This document shows positions 50,392 through 63,449 of a stretch of DNA of 64,000 nt, in pieces. Source of the stretch: Sphyrna mokarran (Eukaryota). The stretch covers positions 39,990,001 through 40,054,000 of the forward strand of contig JAGIQG010000022.1 of assembly GCA_024679065.1 (NCBI GenBank), written 5' to 3'. The notes beneath the pieces are model-generated. The model made no database searches. It was not told where the DNA came from and saw only the letters and a program-made list of their open reading frames with translations. The number at the start of each line of letters is the position of its first letter. Within the stretch, counting starts at the first letter, position 1. A program made the position numbers and the translations under genes.

Positions 50392-52771
50392 TCAAAGAAC
50401 AACAAAGAAGAACAAAGAACAAAACAGCATGGGAAACAGGCCCTTTGGCCCAATGAGCCCGCGCCGCCACCCCGATGTTCCCACCTCTACCCGTGATCCC
50501 TGTCTATGTTTGTAGATCTATGGATTAAAAACCAAATTTGAGACAATTTAGGGAGAATTTGTTTTGCCAATTAGCCTAAGAGCACATCTTTGGGATGTGG
50601 GAGGAAACCAGAGCGCCTGGAGAAAACCACGCAAGCATGGGGAGAATGCGCAAACTCCCACAGACACAGGCCCAAATCCATGTATCTGCACAGCACAGCG
50701 ATAGTCACTGAGTTGTCGTGTTGCCCATCAAATGGTCCAGGTCAAGTGTACACTAACGACATGAAGCACTAGGATACTCTCAAAAAAAATCCAAGAGCAG
50801 CCCTCTCACGACCCATCGCGTGTATGCCCCTTGTTAGACAACAAGGTGGACCAAAGCACCTGTAGGCTAAAAACAAGTACATCAATATCATCATCTATTT
50901 ACACACTTCCCAGGGACTCCCAAGGCTCATGATCCCTATTTTAAATCAGTTTTCTATACCCCTCCATTCCCATTCTGTTCATTTGCCCATCTAAGTATTT
51001 CTTAAATAACTCCAGAGTACCTACGTCCACCAATTTACTCGGCAGCGCATTCCATACCCCCACCACCCTCTGTGTGAAAAAACTCCCTCTAGCATCCAAA
51101 CTATACCTTACCCCCCTTACCCTAAGCCAGTGACCCCTTGTGCTATTTGAGTCCATCCTAGGGAGAAGCTTAACCCTGTTTACTCTATCTATACCCCTCA
51201 TAATCTTGTACACCTCTATTAGATCTCCTCTAAGTCTACGTCTTTCTAAGGAAAACAGTCCCAATTTAACTAACCTCTCCTCGTAACTCTGACCTTCCAT
51301 ACCAGGCAGCATCCTGGTAAACCTCCTCTGCACTCTCTCCAGAGTCTCCAAGTCCTTCCGGTAGTAAGGCAACCAGAACTGGACACAGTATTCCAAATGA
51401 GGTCTAACCAACGTTTTATACAACTGCAACATTAAAGGCCAGCTCTTGTACTCTATACCCCTTCCTATAAAGTCTAGCATACTATATGCTTTCTTCACAA
51501 CCTTCTCCACTTGCTCTGCTACCTTCAGAGACTTGTGCACCTGCACCCCCAGGTCCCTCTGCATTTCTATACTCTTAAAAGGTCTACCTTTTATCATATA
51601 CCTCCCCCCTACATTCCTTCTCCCAAAATGCATCACCTCTCATTTATCAGGATTGAATTCCACCTGCCATCTATCTGCCCAAGCTACCAGCCTATCTATG
51701 TCCTGCTGCATCACCTGCTCCTCACTATCCGCAAGTCCAGCCATCTTTGTATCGTCTGCAAACTTGCTGATCATTCCACTGACTCCCTCTTCCAAGTCAT
51801 TTATATATATAATAAATAGAAGAGGTCCCAATACCGAGCCCTGCGGTACACCACTAGTGACCGACCTCCAGCTAGAAAAACACCCTTCCACTATTACTCT
51901 CTGTCTCCGATTACTAAGCCAGTTACTTATCCATCTATTTACCTGTCCTCGTATCCCATGAGCCTTGACCTTCTCAACTAACCTCCCATGAGGGACTTTG
52001 TCAAACATCTTACTGAAATCCATATAGACAACATCAACGGCTCGCCCTTCGTCCACCGTTTTCGTCACCTCCTCAAAAGATTCTACCAGATTTGTAAGGC
52101 ACAACCTCCCCTTAACAAATCCATGCTGCGTATCCCTAATCAGATCGCAACGCTCTAAGTGCCTATACATCCTGTCTCTAAGAATCCCCTCCAACAGCTT
52201 CCCTACCACTGACGTCAAACTCACCGGCCTATAATTTCCAGGGTTATCCCTACTACCCTTTTTAAACAACGGTACAACATTAGCTATTCTCCAGTCCTCT
52301 GGGACCTCACCTGTGTCCAAAGAAAAGACAAAGATTTGTGTCAGAGGCCCAGCAATTTCACCTCACACCTCCTTAAGCAGCCTGGGATAAATGCCATCAG
52401 GCCCCCCGGAGATTTATCAGTTTTAATGCTACCTAGAAGCTCTAACACTTCCTCCCTCAGTATGGATATTTCACTCAACTGGTTCACAGCTCCCTCAGAG
52501 ACAGGAGCTGTCAACAAACCCCTCTCCTTCGTGAACACCAACGCAAAGTATTCATTCAAGATCTCCGCCATTCCCTTGGGCTCTAAGCACAGTTCCCCTC
52601 CTCTGTCCCTAAGAGGTCTGATTTTTCCTCTAACCACCCTTTTATTCCTAACATAGGAGTAAAAAGCCTTTGGATTTTCCTTAATCCTATCCTCCCAAAT
52701 CATTTCATGCCCCCTTTTTGCCCTTCTAACTCCCTGTTTGAGCTCCCTCCTACTTTCTCTATATTCCTCCA
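50392..52771 (-). mobile_element. Young 5'-truncated CR1 LINE (near-intact ORF2 RT) with a long 3' region ending in a V-SINE-like sequence
   Basis: ORFs 52341-52772, 51640-52320 and 50941-51636 have few lesions: PGNYRPVSLTSVVGK, YMDFSKMFDKVPH, GVPQGSVLGPLLF, SKFADDTK and RPHLEYCVQFW. Confidence 0.95.
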
Positions 52772-53069
52772 ATGCTGCTGGAATCGTTGAATGGTTTCAA
52801 AAAGAAGATAGATATATTAAAACAAAGGATTAGGGGGTGTGGGGAACAGTGGGGAGGTGTACCTGCTATGTGGTGGGGAGTGGATAATTAGCTTAATTAA
52901 TGGCCTAATTGGTGGCAGGTTACCGAGATTTCCCCAGAGTTGGACTGGACTATCTGCTAGGCTGGGAGGCCAATGGCAGCTTGGAGGCAATCTCTAGGTG
53001 ACAAGCAGGAAAGTCAATGGGGTATTATCTCATTGGCTCCATGAAGCGGACACAAGAGTTCAAAGGGTT

Positions 53070-53362
53070 TAAAGTTTATTTATTATTTATTTGTGTCATA
53101 AGTGGTCTTACATTTGTACTGCAGTGAAATTACTGTGAAAATCCTTAATCGCTACACTTTGGATACACTGAGGGAGAATTTACAACAGCCAGTACACCTA
53201 ACCAGTATGTCTTTCAGACTGTGGGAGGAAACTGGAGTACACAGAGGAAACCCATACACTCACAGGGAGAATGTGTGAACTCCACACAGACCCAAGGCCG
53301 GACTTGAACCTGGGTCCCTGGTGCTATGGGGCCCCAATGCTAACCACTGTGCCACCATGCCG
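53070..53362 (-). mobile_element. HE1-like SINE, alternative tail
   Basis: Head, V-domain and tail present. Confidence 0.85.
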
Positions 53363-53399
53363 CCTTTTTGAAGAGTCTGGAAGGTGCTACATAGATTTT

Positions 53400-53700
53400 T
53401 TAAATTCATTGGTGGGATGTGGACGTTGCCAGCATTTACTACCCAAACTAGTTGCTGTGGCTCTGGAGTCACATGTAGGCCAGTCCAGATAAGGATGGCA
53501 GATTTCCTTCCTTAAAGGACATTAGTGAACCAGTTGAGCTTTTCTGACTATCAACAATGGTTTCATGGTCATCTTAATTCCAGATATATTTTATTGAATT
53601 CAAATTCCACCACCTGTGGTGGTGGGATTTGAACCCAAGCCCCCAGGATATTAGCTAGATTAATAATCTAGCGATAATACCACCAAGCCATCACCTCCCC
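53400..53700 (-). mobile_element. tRNA-derived SINE, same family as 4925-5245
   Basis: Shares ttgctgtggctctggagtcacat...gacattagtgaaccag with that copy. Confidence 0.75.
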
Positions 53701-54469
53701 TTCCTGAAGCCCTTCAGCATATGAAGATATTGACTGTCATTAGTTGGATAGAGAGCAATATGTTTATTTTTGGAGAGTTGCTGAGAGCATAGGTCACACG
53801 CATCAAGAGGCAATGCTGCTGTTAATGACAAACTGGCTGCAGGAATGGTTTGGTCAGTTTACAGCAGGTAGCCTCCTAATTGGTCGCCGTGGTCTCTTTT
53901 TGCAATTAATGACAGTAGTGGCCTCCTCCTGCTGTCTGACTAATCAGAGAGCCAACAGTTCTGAAATCTCTGCACAGCTCATTGGGAATGCAGGGATTAC
54001 ATTTGTGTCTATGGCCCCCTCCTTGGACCATGAAGACTCCACTCTGGTGATATCCTTGCGCTGTTGTAGAGAGACCATCTCCATGAAGCTGACAGCCTCC
54101 ACAAGTGGTGGGGAAGGAGAGGAGAGGAAATGGTGGTTTCTAAACATCGGCAATAAAAATGGCCCCTTATTTGGGCTCTTGATTTATGCAAATCAGCTGT
54201 TGATAAGGGAACCAATCTGTCTCTCAGCCCACTGCTGGGAAACTGTTTGTGTCAGTGAAGAGAGGCGTCCTTATGCAACTCCATGCTATTTAATTGGCAA
54301 TCCCACCCTCTTTGTTCCTGCCACCAGGAGCTGGTAAAGTTCAGCCCAAACCATCAGATGGCAAGCCTCAGGTGTGCTGCAATAGGTGGAATGGGGGACA
54401 CGAATGAAAGCTCTGAGAAATGTTGACTAAATTGATTGAAAGATTGGATAAGACAGTTTGTGAGAAATC

Positions 54470-54770
54470 ATTTCCAATGCTAGAGGAATCCAGAACAGAT
54501 GGTTAGAATGAGGTGATTCAGAAATGGTGTCAGGAAGTATCTCTTCACACAAAGAATAGTGGAAATCTGAAACTCTCTCACTCAAAACACTGTTGGTGCT
54601 CGGCCTAATGGAAATTCCAAAATTGAGATTGATCGATTTTTGTTTGGTAAGAATTAAAAGCTATGGAACAACGACAGGTGAATGGAACTAAGGTAGAGCT
54701 CAGCCATAATCTAATCAAGTAACAGAATAGGATTAAGGGGCTTACTGGTCTACTTTTGATCCTATTTTGC
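54470..54770 (+). mobile_element. Old CR1 3' end
   Basis: RKYLFTQRIVEI*NSL-type frame and tail; a similar copy lies at 37480-37720. Confidence 0.7.
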
Positions 54771-54781
54771 AACTATCAAGT

Positions 54782-55043
54782 TGTAATTACAAAATCAGGC
54801 CATGAAGTTGGCCTTTTGGAATATGAACTCCCTGATTAAGGATTAACAAAATATGTCCCTGATTAAGGATCTACTTGATGGGCCAATCAGGGAATCTTTG
54901 TCTTGTACTTAACTGGGAGTGTCAATTCCTCTGACACCCCCTGGGGATAGACTGCTAACCCTCAGAACTCTGTGAACTGCTGTTAGAGTTTGTAAATAAA
55001 GGCATTTTAATGAAGAGATTTCTGCCTCTGCAGACTTATTACA
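54782..55043 (+). repeat. Solo LTR, Gypsy-like
   Basis: TGTAAT...ATTACA inverted termini, CCAAT box, AATAAA and an internal duplication of tccctgattaaggat. The TSD is not clean. Confidence 0.7.
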
Positions 55044-55270
55044 AGAGTTCCTCAACTATTAAGTTTATCTCACATTACAGCAGTGATTACATTTCAAAAA
55101 GCACATTTGGATAGAAAATGCTATGGAATGTCCTGAGGTAATGAAAAGCACTACAGAAATTCATCATTTCTTTCATTTAGTCTCCAGCTGTGCTGCACAT
55201 TATTTTGAAGAAATTTTCAGAGAGTGAAAATGTTGGCAAGCACCATGAATGAGAGGAAGAATCAAAGATA

Positions 55271-56060
55271 TAGGGCGGAATTTCCCCCAAAGGTTCTAAG
55301 GCGTGATCTTCCTGGTCAGTTGCATTGGTCGATCAGTGCAGTGAGCTGGGAAGATAGGGTGTGAGGCTTTCATGCCAGGCGCGATCAGCTTCATGCTGAT
55401 TTAAATGACATGCCCAGCACTGCTATTTCCAGCCTCCTGGACTTGACCCCCCCTCATCGGTGAGAAGTCTTGCCGTGACAATCACTTGTGGTTTCTATGT
55501 GATGGCCATCCAGGGAATCAGGCCACTGGAACTCTTGGGTGGTTGGGAGCAGTGCTCCCTGAGGCAGTGCCAGCTTGGCAATGCACACCGACCACCCTGG
55601 CACTGTCCACCAGGCACCATACTGTGCTGGGCTGGGGCAGTGCCAAGGGAATGGAGCCTGAGTGGGGCTTGAGGCACATGGGATTGGGACAATGACTGGG
55701 AGGCAAGGGGGGAGCTTAGCAGGGGGGAGGAGGGAACTCTGCAAAGGGGGGAAGCAAGGAGGGGAGCTTTGCAGGGCTGGTGATCGGCAAGAGGGGTGGC
55801 ATGTCCTTGGAGTGGGGGCAGGAGATCTCCCAGCATACGTGAAGATCATCTGCGCAATGGCACTCCAGGAATCCTGCAGCCAGTTTCTCTGGTGTGCTCA
55901 AACTCTGCAACTGTCCCCCTACTGACGCAGAGCTGTTGAATGCATCCCTTGCTGGCAAGGTGCACCAGTGGCGGGACTGTAAGATCCTGCTGGCATGAAC
56001 ACCAGCAAGATTTTGGCAACAGTTTTGGCAGCTGCTTAAACTCCTTAAAAATTCAGGCTT
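55271..56060. repeat. Probable non-autonomous DNA transposon (Harbinger-associated type)
   Basis: gggcggaatttcc left end and aaaattcaggc right end, with internal ggcac/gtgcc clusters and short G-rich tandem repeats at 55700-55780. Confidence 0.55.
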
Positions 56061-56509
56061 TGACACTACTTCAGGTGTAGCCTGGGCAAGCTTAGTGCTC
56101 TGATACCACTTCAACTCATTGCAAGATTTCTATTAAATATAAAAACAATAATAGGATTAACACAAAATTGAACAGTCATGTCTTGAGATTTAAATATTTA
56201 GATAAAAGTATTTATGATTTATAATCTTACAAACATTTAAATGTAGTTTTTTGTAGCGTAATTGATTTTAGGAACAAATAGAGTTTCTGACTCTGGTCGA
56301 GTCGGAGGCTAGTAGAAGAATTGGTGATTTCCAATGGTTTGAGCTTTGTGGTCAGCATAGAAGGGATGATATTCACTGTTTATTACTTTGACAGAGTTTT
56401 CATGGCCTTTTGAATAGACACATTGGTTGTCTAACCCAGTGCCTTGCTCTCTGCAGGGGCATTTCTGTTGTCTTTAAACAGAGCAAGAAGCATCAAGATT
56501 CTTCAACCA

Positions 56510-56760
56510 ATAGAATCATAGAATCCCTATAATGCAGAAGGAGACCTTTTGACCCATCAAATCTATACCAACCACAATCCCACCCAGGCCCTATTCCCAC
56601 AACCCCACACATTTAACATTGCCAATCCACCTAACCCGCTCCACCGGAGCACCTGATGGAAACCCATGCAGACACGGGAAGAATGTGCAGACTCAAACTG
56701 GGAATCAAACCTTGGTCTCTGGCGCATTGAGGCAGCAGTATTAACAACAGTGCCACCATG
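56510..56760 (-). mobile_element. HE1-like V-SINE
   Basis: (atagaatc)n tail, core and head. Confidence 0.85.
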
Positions 56761-57104
56761 GTATAGAGTGAAGAATTCTCACTGTGCCACACACAACTGA
56801 ATTTTCTTTGCCCCCATGGAGATGGTTCTGGAGGTGGGGAGGCTTAGATAGTGATATTCTGATACTGTCTTGCCCTCCCCAGATGAATTTCTAGGATAGT
56901 CAGTAGGTCCCACAGCAGCAGAATGTTGTTAAGGCTGGCAATGAGCTACTTTACTGCAAATCCCCTTGCTACAAGAGAATTCTCTGCTCCCCACTGTGCC
57001 CAGAGTCTGACAATGCATTGGAGTTGGTTTTGCAGAGGGAGGTTCAAACTGTGATTGAACTGAGGGTTTTCATTTACTGACCATGTTTAGGCACAGCCTT
57101 TTTA

Positions 57105-58487
57105 CAGACCATGTCTGTGCTTGCTATACATTAATTGATATAAATTGTTCGGTTTGATTAGTCAACAGCATTGCATCATGTTACTATCTGGATGGTAAAA
57201 GGGGATTTCTTCATTCAGCATTTTCTACATTCCATCATAGCTAATGACTGCAGTGAAACTGGATGCCGTGACTTTATGCGTAAGTTATAGACACTGAATA
57301 ACACATTGAGCTGGTCTAACGTGTGTTCTGCTAACAAACGTTCACATACTCAGCAAATTCCCTGATAACCCTTCATGTTGGCTCATTATTGATTTCGCAA
57401 AGGGATATATCTTCAAGCACCAAGCATTTCCTTTAGGCCTTCATGGGGGCTGATGGCTCTATTAAATGCCCGTCCTGCTGCAATGGCAGTTGTTTCCCTC
57501 CTGCTGGGCGAACATCCATGGTTCAGCCCAGTGTCAGCATTGGCACACAGGCAGCAAAATCTGGCCCACTAAATCAAAATTAGAAAGTGTAAATCAGATC
57601 TAAATTATGTGTGAAGGATAAAGAAAGGGAAATAAAGAGAATGAAATAAAATAGCCTGGTGGAAAAAATTAAAAAATACATTTTTATTTGCTTTTTTACA
57701 TCCAACATTGGTTAAAGGCTGAAGGAATTGGATTGCACACTTGTAAAATTAAATTTTCAGTGTTAGTGAAGTTGTTTGGACATAATCATGGCTTTGTACA
57801 CTATTAAAAATTCACTTAACCTGAACACACTGGCCCTAAACTGCCTCGTGGGTGAATATAGCAACGTGCTGCCTTAAGTTGATTTTGATGCTGTGTTATT
57901 GCTGACATAGCTGGAGGATTTGTACAGTGACGCCTGGATTTCCGTATTTAATGCCCCAAGTTGATACCTGATACTCCTCTGTGATAATGCAGGTGATATT
58001 AGCTTGACAGATATTTTCAAAGCAAAATCCATGCCATTGTTATCCTAAATTAAAATAAGACATTTGATAATACTGCGCAAATACTGGTGCAAGACTCAAA
58101 CACAGTCTGATCAATATAAGACAGGCTGTCTGAGCGTTCAATGCCTTAGATGATGCCGTTTCAGCATTGTTAGCTGAATGGTACAGTCAGATGATGAAAT
58201 CAATAATGAGCTGACACAAAGGGTTATCAGAGAATTTGCTGAGTATGCGAACATGTGTTAGCAGAACGCTCATTAGACCAACTCAATGTGTTATTCGGTG
58301 TCTATAACCTACATATAAAGTCACGGCATCCCGTTTCACTACAGTCATTAGCTATGGTGGAATGTAGAAGATGCTGAATGAAGAAATCCCCTTTTACCAT
58401 CCAGATAGTAACATGATACAATGCTGTTGACTAATCAAACCAATCAATTTATATCAATTAGTCTACAGCAAACCCAGACATGGCCTG
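57105..58487. repeat. Long inverted repeat (~292-bp arms, ~800-bp spacer)
   Basis: 57105-57396 is the near reverse complement of 58196-58487, e.g. atcatgttactatctggatggtaaaaggggatttcttcattcagcat versus atgctgaatgaagaaatccccttttaccatccagatagtaacatgat. Confidence 0.95.
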
Positions 58488-58738
58488 AGGAAATTCTCCC
58501 AAATGTGGCAAGTTTTGGAAATATTAGATCCAAAGTCATGCGTTTTTCCCCAAACATTTCACATTCACCATCTCATATTGCAAATTCCTCTTCTTAAAAT
58601 TTTATTCCTTCGTGCGATGTGGACATCACTGGCTAGGCCAGTATTTATTGTTCATCCCTAATTGCCCTCCAGAAGGTGTGGTGAATGTTACAGATTTAAT
58701 AATATAAATGGATTGATTTTCCCTGGATACTTTACGCA

Positions 58739-58887
58739 GAACAATGAACAAAACAGCACGGGAAACTGGCACTTCGGCCCAACAAGCCCACGCCGCCACC
58801 CCAATGTTCCCACCTCTACCTGTGATCCCTGTCTATGTTTATAGATCTGTGGATTAAAAACCAAATTTGAGATAATTTAGGGAGAAC
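58739..58887 (-). mobile_element. Short copy of the 3' end of the 50392-52771 element
   Basis: Near-identical to 50410-50557. Confidence 0.85.
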
Positions 58888-59839
58888 TAAGATGTGCAAG
58901 AACCTCCCAGGTGCTCAAGATGGGACTTTAAGCTGAATATTAAACTGCACTTAGTACCGAGACTCTGGCTGGAATTTGCCAGCCCCTTGCCCTCCATGGT
59001 GGGGCCAGCGAGTCATGAAATCTTTGCTTTTATCGATGGGATCTTCCAATCCCGTTGGCATGAAGACTGGAAAATTTCAGCTGATATTTTGGTAAAGGGG
59101 TTGAAGCCTGCTGCAGGATATGTCACCTTGCAGATCATTAAGCAGCTGATAACTGTTTAAATTATCCATTAGTGCTCATTAAAGATGGTACACTGAATTT
59201 TGACGTTTAGTGTTTATCCTAATCTCCTTTCCTAACAGCAATTTGCTGTTGAAGAGGATGTCGATTGCTGCTTTAACTCTAACTTTTCACTCGCTGCTGG
59301 AGATTTGATGAAGAGCATCAGGACAAGTTTGCTCAGTCTTCAGCAAATACTCTTAACATTTAATCTAGGAATTCTCAGCAGTAGTGGATAATTTAAGCAG
59401 AGACTATCATCCATCTTGGTTTCCAATGTGGAGCTGATTATATAGAAAAAAAGGCCAATCACAGGTCCCGCTACAGTCCTGCTAATGTTTCCTGACCCAG
59501 ATTTTTATTGAGTTCAAATTTCACGATTGAACCTGGATTCCCTGAGTCTTATCCTGGGACTATCAGTTACTAGCCCAGTGACAGTACCACTGTGCCACTT
59601 TCCCCCCGAGCTACACTGGTGTGCAGACATACGGAGGAAACTTATCTGCTGCCTGTGTACCGGATGTGTCCTTCCACAAGGGCTGCACCTCTCTGTAGAT
59701 TCCATCTCTCCTGTAGAGTTGGAGGTCAATAAGAAGGCAGGTTATTGTTTCTTCTGCTGGTCGTCTCGGTCCAAGGTATAAAATAATATGGTTGACTTAC
59801 AGATCAGACTTTTGATCTTTTAAAGTATAGAGGATGTGG

Positions 59840-60125
59840 AACCATAGGAACCCTACATTGCAGAAGGAGGGCATTTGGCCCATCGGGTCTGCACCAATTC
59901 TCCAAAGGAGCATTTTACCCAGAACCATCCCCCCTGCTTGGGCTAAATTATTCCTTGGATATCAAGGAACAATTCAATACAGTCAATATATCTAACTTGC
60001 ACATCTTTGGACTGGGGGAGGAAACTGGAACACCCGGAGGAAACCCACACAGACAAAGGGAGAAAGTGCAAATTCCACACAGTTACCCAAGGCTGGAATC
60101 AAGCCCAGGTCCCTGGTGCTGTGCC
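59840..60125 (-). mobile_element. HE1-like V-SINE
   Basis: V-domain, B-box and CR1-type tail. Confidence 0.8.
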
Positions 60126-61799
60126 ACTCTAAGTTGTGACATTTCTGAATTGTGTAAACTAACCTTTTAGCTAAGGTACTATGAATAAATCCTTTCAGAC
60201 CTATGAACATTGAAAACTTACTGTCATATTTCCCTGACACAGCTTCAGCCTGCAACTCACCCACACCCTCTTCCCACCTCCAATTGCTGTTGTGTTCTCA
60301 CCTGACTTTCGTTGGCAAGTTCTTGGAAGCCCTGGAAATCCTTGGGTTGAAATGTTACCGCCCACCACGGGAATCTGAGCGAGTGAGGAGTGGATTACGT
60401 AAAGGTCCATCGACCTCGGAAGGGATTTACGGTTTTGGGTTGAACGTGACTGTAAAATCCTGCCCAAGGATTCAAAGTTAACAAAGTTAAAGTACAAAAC
60501 ACATCTCTATATTCCTCTATCTGAGCAATTAACATATTGAAATTGACAGTCCAACTCTCCTTAAGCGGGTACATGCCCACAGACTCAAATGAGATGATGA
60601 AGTTCATAGGTTGAAACCGGCTTCCCAACCACTCGTATTTTTCTTGGATTTCAATTGTCCCCAAACCCACATGCTCACCTACATTTGGAATTATCTGATT
60701 GTTTCTGCTGAATAGCTTTTGAATTTATCCCACTTCAAGTGCAGATCACGTTCCCTCGTCTGGATGAAGTAAAATATTTTGTTGTGGTCTATATTGGAAC
60801 ACTAAACTCTAATGGTTGAGAGACGGTGTTGGTTTATGTAATGTCTGACTGCTTGATGTAGAGAAACCTCGAAAAGCAGCATTCCTCGACTTAGTGACTC
60901 AGACAAGATTCAGAAAATAGTCCCTTGGAGCGTAGGACCTACTGAAGAGTGAATCTGAACATGATCTGAGATTCTGAGATACTGTGTTCTGGAAAGAACT
61001 GTATCAGCTGACTTAATGAAATTAATGAAGAATTTAATGCAAATTATTTGGGGTGGGGCTTTGTCCTGAACATTGGTAGAGAAGAACTGAAACACTTTTG
61101 AAGGTATAACAGAGAGCAGTCTAGCTAAATACATACAGACAATCAACAAGAACAGCCTAAACAAACATGGCCTTAAATAGATTAACAAATTCCCCAGAAA
61201 GAAGGAACTCACTGGGGAGTACTTTCTGAAATACTTTAAAAATATAATTAAGAATGAGAAGTGAGACCTAGAAAAGGGTATGGTTTCAGAATCAAAAAAA
61301 AACTTGAAAAATAATGAAAGCTTGGGAGTGATTAAAGGCTAGAATTAAATCAAGGAGTTTGAGTGGCTCATGCAAAGAGTAATGGATTTTCTGGACTGAG
61401 TTACAGGCTGGAATCTAATGGAGGATTTCTGATGGTTTGTTTATATATTGAATAATGGATACCTGGCAATGATTATAGGCTGTAACCTAATAGAGGGATT
61501 TGGCTGATAATGGACATCTGGGAATGGTTACACAGAGATTAATGGCAGAAAGTGATGCTCAAAATGAATGGAGGGAGCTCCAGAAAGTTGAATTGGGATT
61601 CACAGAAGACCTGACACAGGAGTAACAGAAGGGAAAAGGAGATATACAGAATGCTGGGATCAGAGTACTGGAATGTACAGAAGCAGACACAAGGCTGAAG
61701 AAAGCCCATAGAGCTTTGTTAAGTTTGTTTCAGCCTGGGTACAGCCAAAGAGCAGAAGCAGGTGTACAGAATGTACATATACACAAATGCCAAGTGATA

Positions 61800-61893
61800 C
61801 CAGCTTTGACAAAGTCATCCAGACTTGAAACGTTGGTTCTGTTCTTTCTCCACAGATGCTGTCAGACCAGCTGAATTTCTCCAGCACTTTCTG
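61800..61893 (+). mobile_element. Terminal fragment of a second Penelope family with a decayed hammerhead-like motif
   Basis: tttgacaaagtcatccagacttGAAAcgtt...ctccacagatgctgtcagaccagctgaatttctccagca. Stem II agtc/gact and palindromic AACGTT are retained, but the CUGAnGA box is mutated. Confidence 0.6.
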
Positions 61894-62449
61894 TAAGAAA
61901 GTAAAAGTCTTTGTTTTACCCACTTGCTTTTTCAAAGAAAAGTCTATTTCTGAAGATACATGATGGTTATACTTCCATTGTTATCCAATGTCTTGGTTTA
62001 ATCTTTCAAAAAGAAGCAACTTAATGACAAATCATGTTGTGGATTCATATCTCTTCTGAGATAGAGACTAATAACCTACCAACAGGGAGACAATAAGAAG
62101 TTATATTTGTGATTCATTCAGCGTCAATTACCTATTCAATTATTTACTTTTATTTTTTATCTGCCTCTTGCTAATCATTCTCCAATTTTACTTAATGTCA
62201 TTAAGCTAGAGTCTCAGTGAAGCACTAAAGGTCTAAGTTATGTTTTTCTGAAATTCTAAGTACAGAATTAATTCTTCTTATTCCTGCTTTTAACTGGAGA
62301 ATGTAACCGTAATTTTGTCCTCATTATTGTTTTATTTTATTTTTGTGCTTATCAAGTTGAGGTCATGCTGAGAGTGTAACATTTTCTTATATTAGCATTG
62401 CCAGGTGAGATACCCCAATGCCTATGTAATGACTTCAATGAGACACATG

Positions 62450-63060
62450 AGATTGATTTGATTTAATTTATTATTGTTACATGTATTAATATACTGTGAG
62501 GAATATTGTTTCTTGCACACTATACAAACTAATCATACCATTCATAGAGAAGGAAAGGAGAGAGTGCAGAATGTAGTGTTACAATCATAGCTAGGGTGCA
62601 GAGAAAGATCAATTTAGTACAAGGTAGGTCCATTCAAAAGTCTGATTGATTGCACAAGGAAGGAACTGTTCTTGAGTTGGTTGGAATGTATCCTCAGACC
62701 TTTGGATCTTTTTCCCGACAGAAGAAGATGGAAGAGAGTATTGTCTGGAGTGCGTGGAATCCTTAATTATGCTGGCTGCTTTTCCGAGGCAGAAGGAAGT
62801 ATAGACAGTGTCAGTGGATGGAAGGCTGGCTTGCAGGATGGACTGGGCTTCATTTACGACCCTTTGTAGTTTCTTGCAGTCTTGGACAGAGCAGGAATCA
62901 TACCAAGCTGTGATACAACCAGAAGGAATGCTTTCTATAATGCGTCTGTAAAAGTTGGTGAGCATTGTAGTGAACATACCAAATTTCCTTAGTCTTCTGA
63001 GAACATAGAGGTGTTGGTGGACTTTCTTAACTATAGGGTCAACGTGGGGGTATCAGTCCA
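62450..63060 (-). mobile_element. Rex1/Babar 3' end
   Basis: ORF 62609-62977 contains LTNFYRRIIESIPSGCITAWY, and an (atttg)n tail follows. Confidence 0.9.
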
Positions 63061-63449
63061 ATATTCATTTAGAGCTGCAGATTGTTTGTCTCAGTCTTTA
63101 GACACACTTGGTCATCCTATCCCATTATGCCTTGCAATTGCCATCTTTGGTGGCCCATTTAGTCACAGCACTCAGGATAGTAGATGCTTGCAACACTTCC
63201 ATGAATAGCAATTGACACTAGACCAATTGTTAACGCAAAATAGGAGTTTGACAGATTTCTGTTAACCAAGAACATAAGAGAAATTGGGCCGAGGCAGATA
63301 TGTGGAATTATTTCACAGATCAGATCATTGAATGGCACTGGAACCAACTCAAGGGATGAAATAGTTTTTTCTGTATTTCCTGTGTGGCAACATCAGAGGG
63401 GCACTATGACTGCATCAGTGTTGATATTTCTATGTCCCAGGACAGATAT

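Noticed and set aside
51446-51961. 171-aa plus-strand ORF
   Set aside because: Antisense shadow of the CR1 RT frame.
53744-54337. 197-aa ORF as a host gene
   Set aside because: No recognisable motif, and it overlaps a block with the same ccaat/ttaattgg motifs and gtaaagttcagccc end as other non-autonomous elements.
56272-56390. Candidate exon (EQIEFLTLVESEASRRIGDFQW...)
   Set aside because: Weak splice signals and no recognisable homology.
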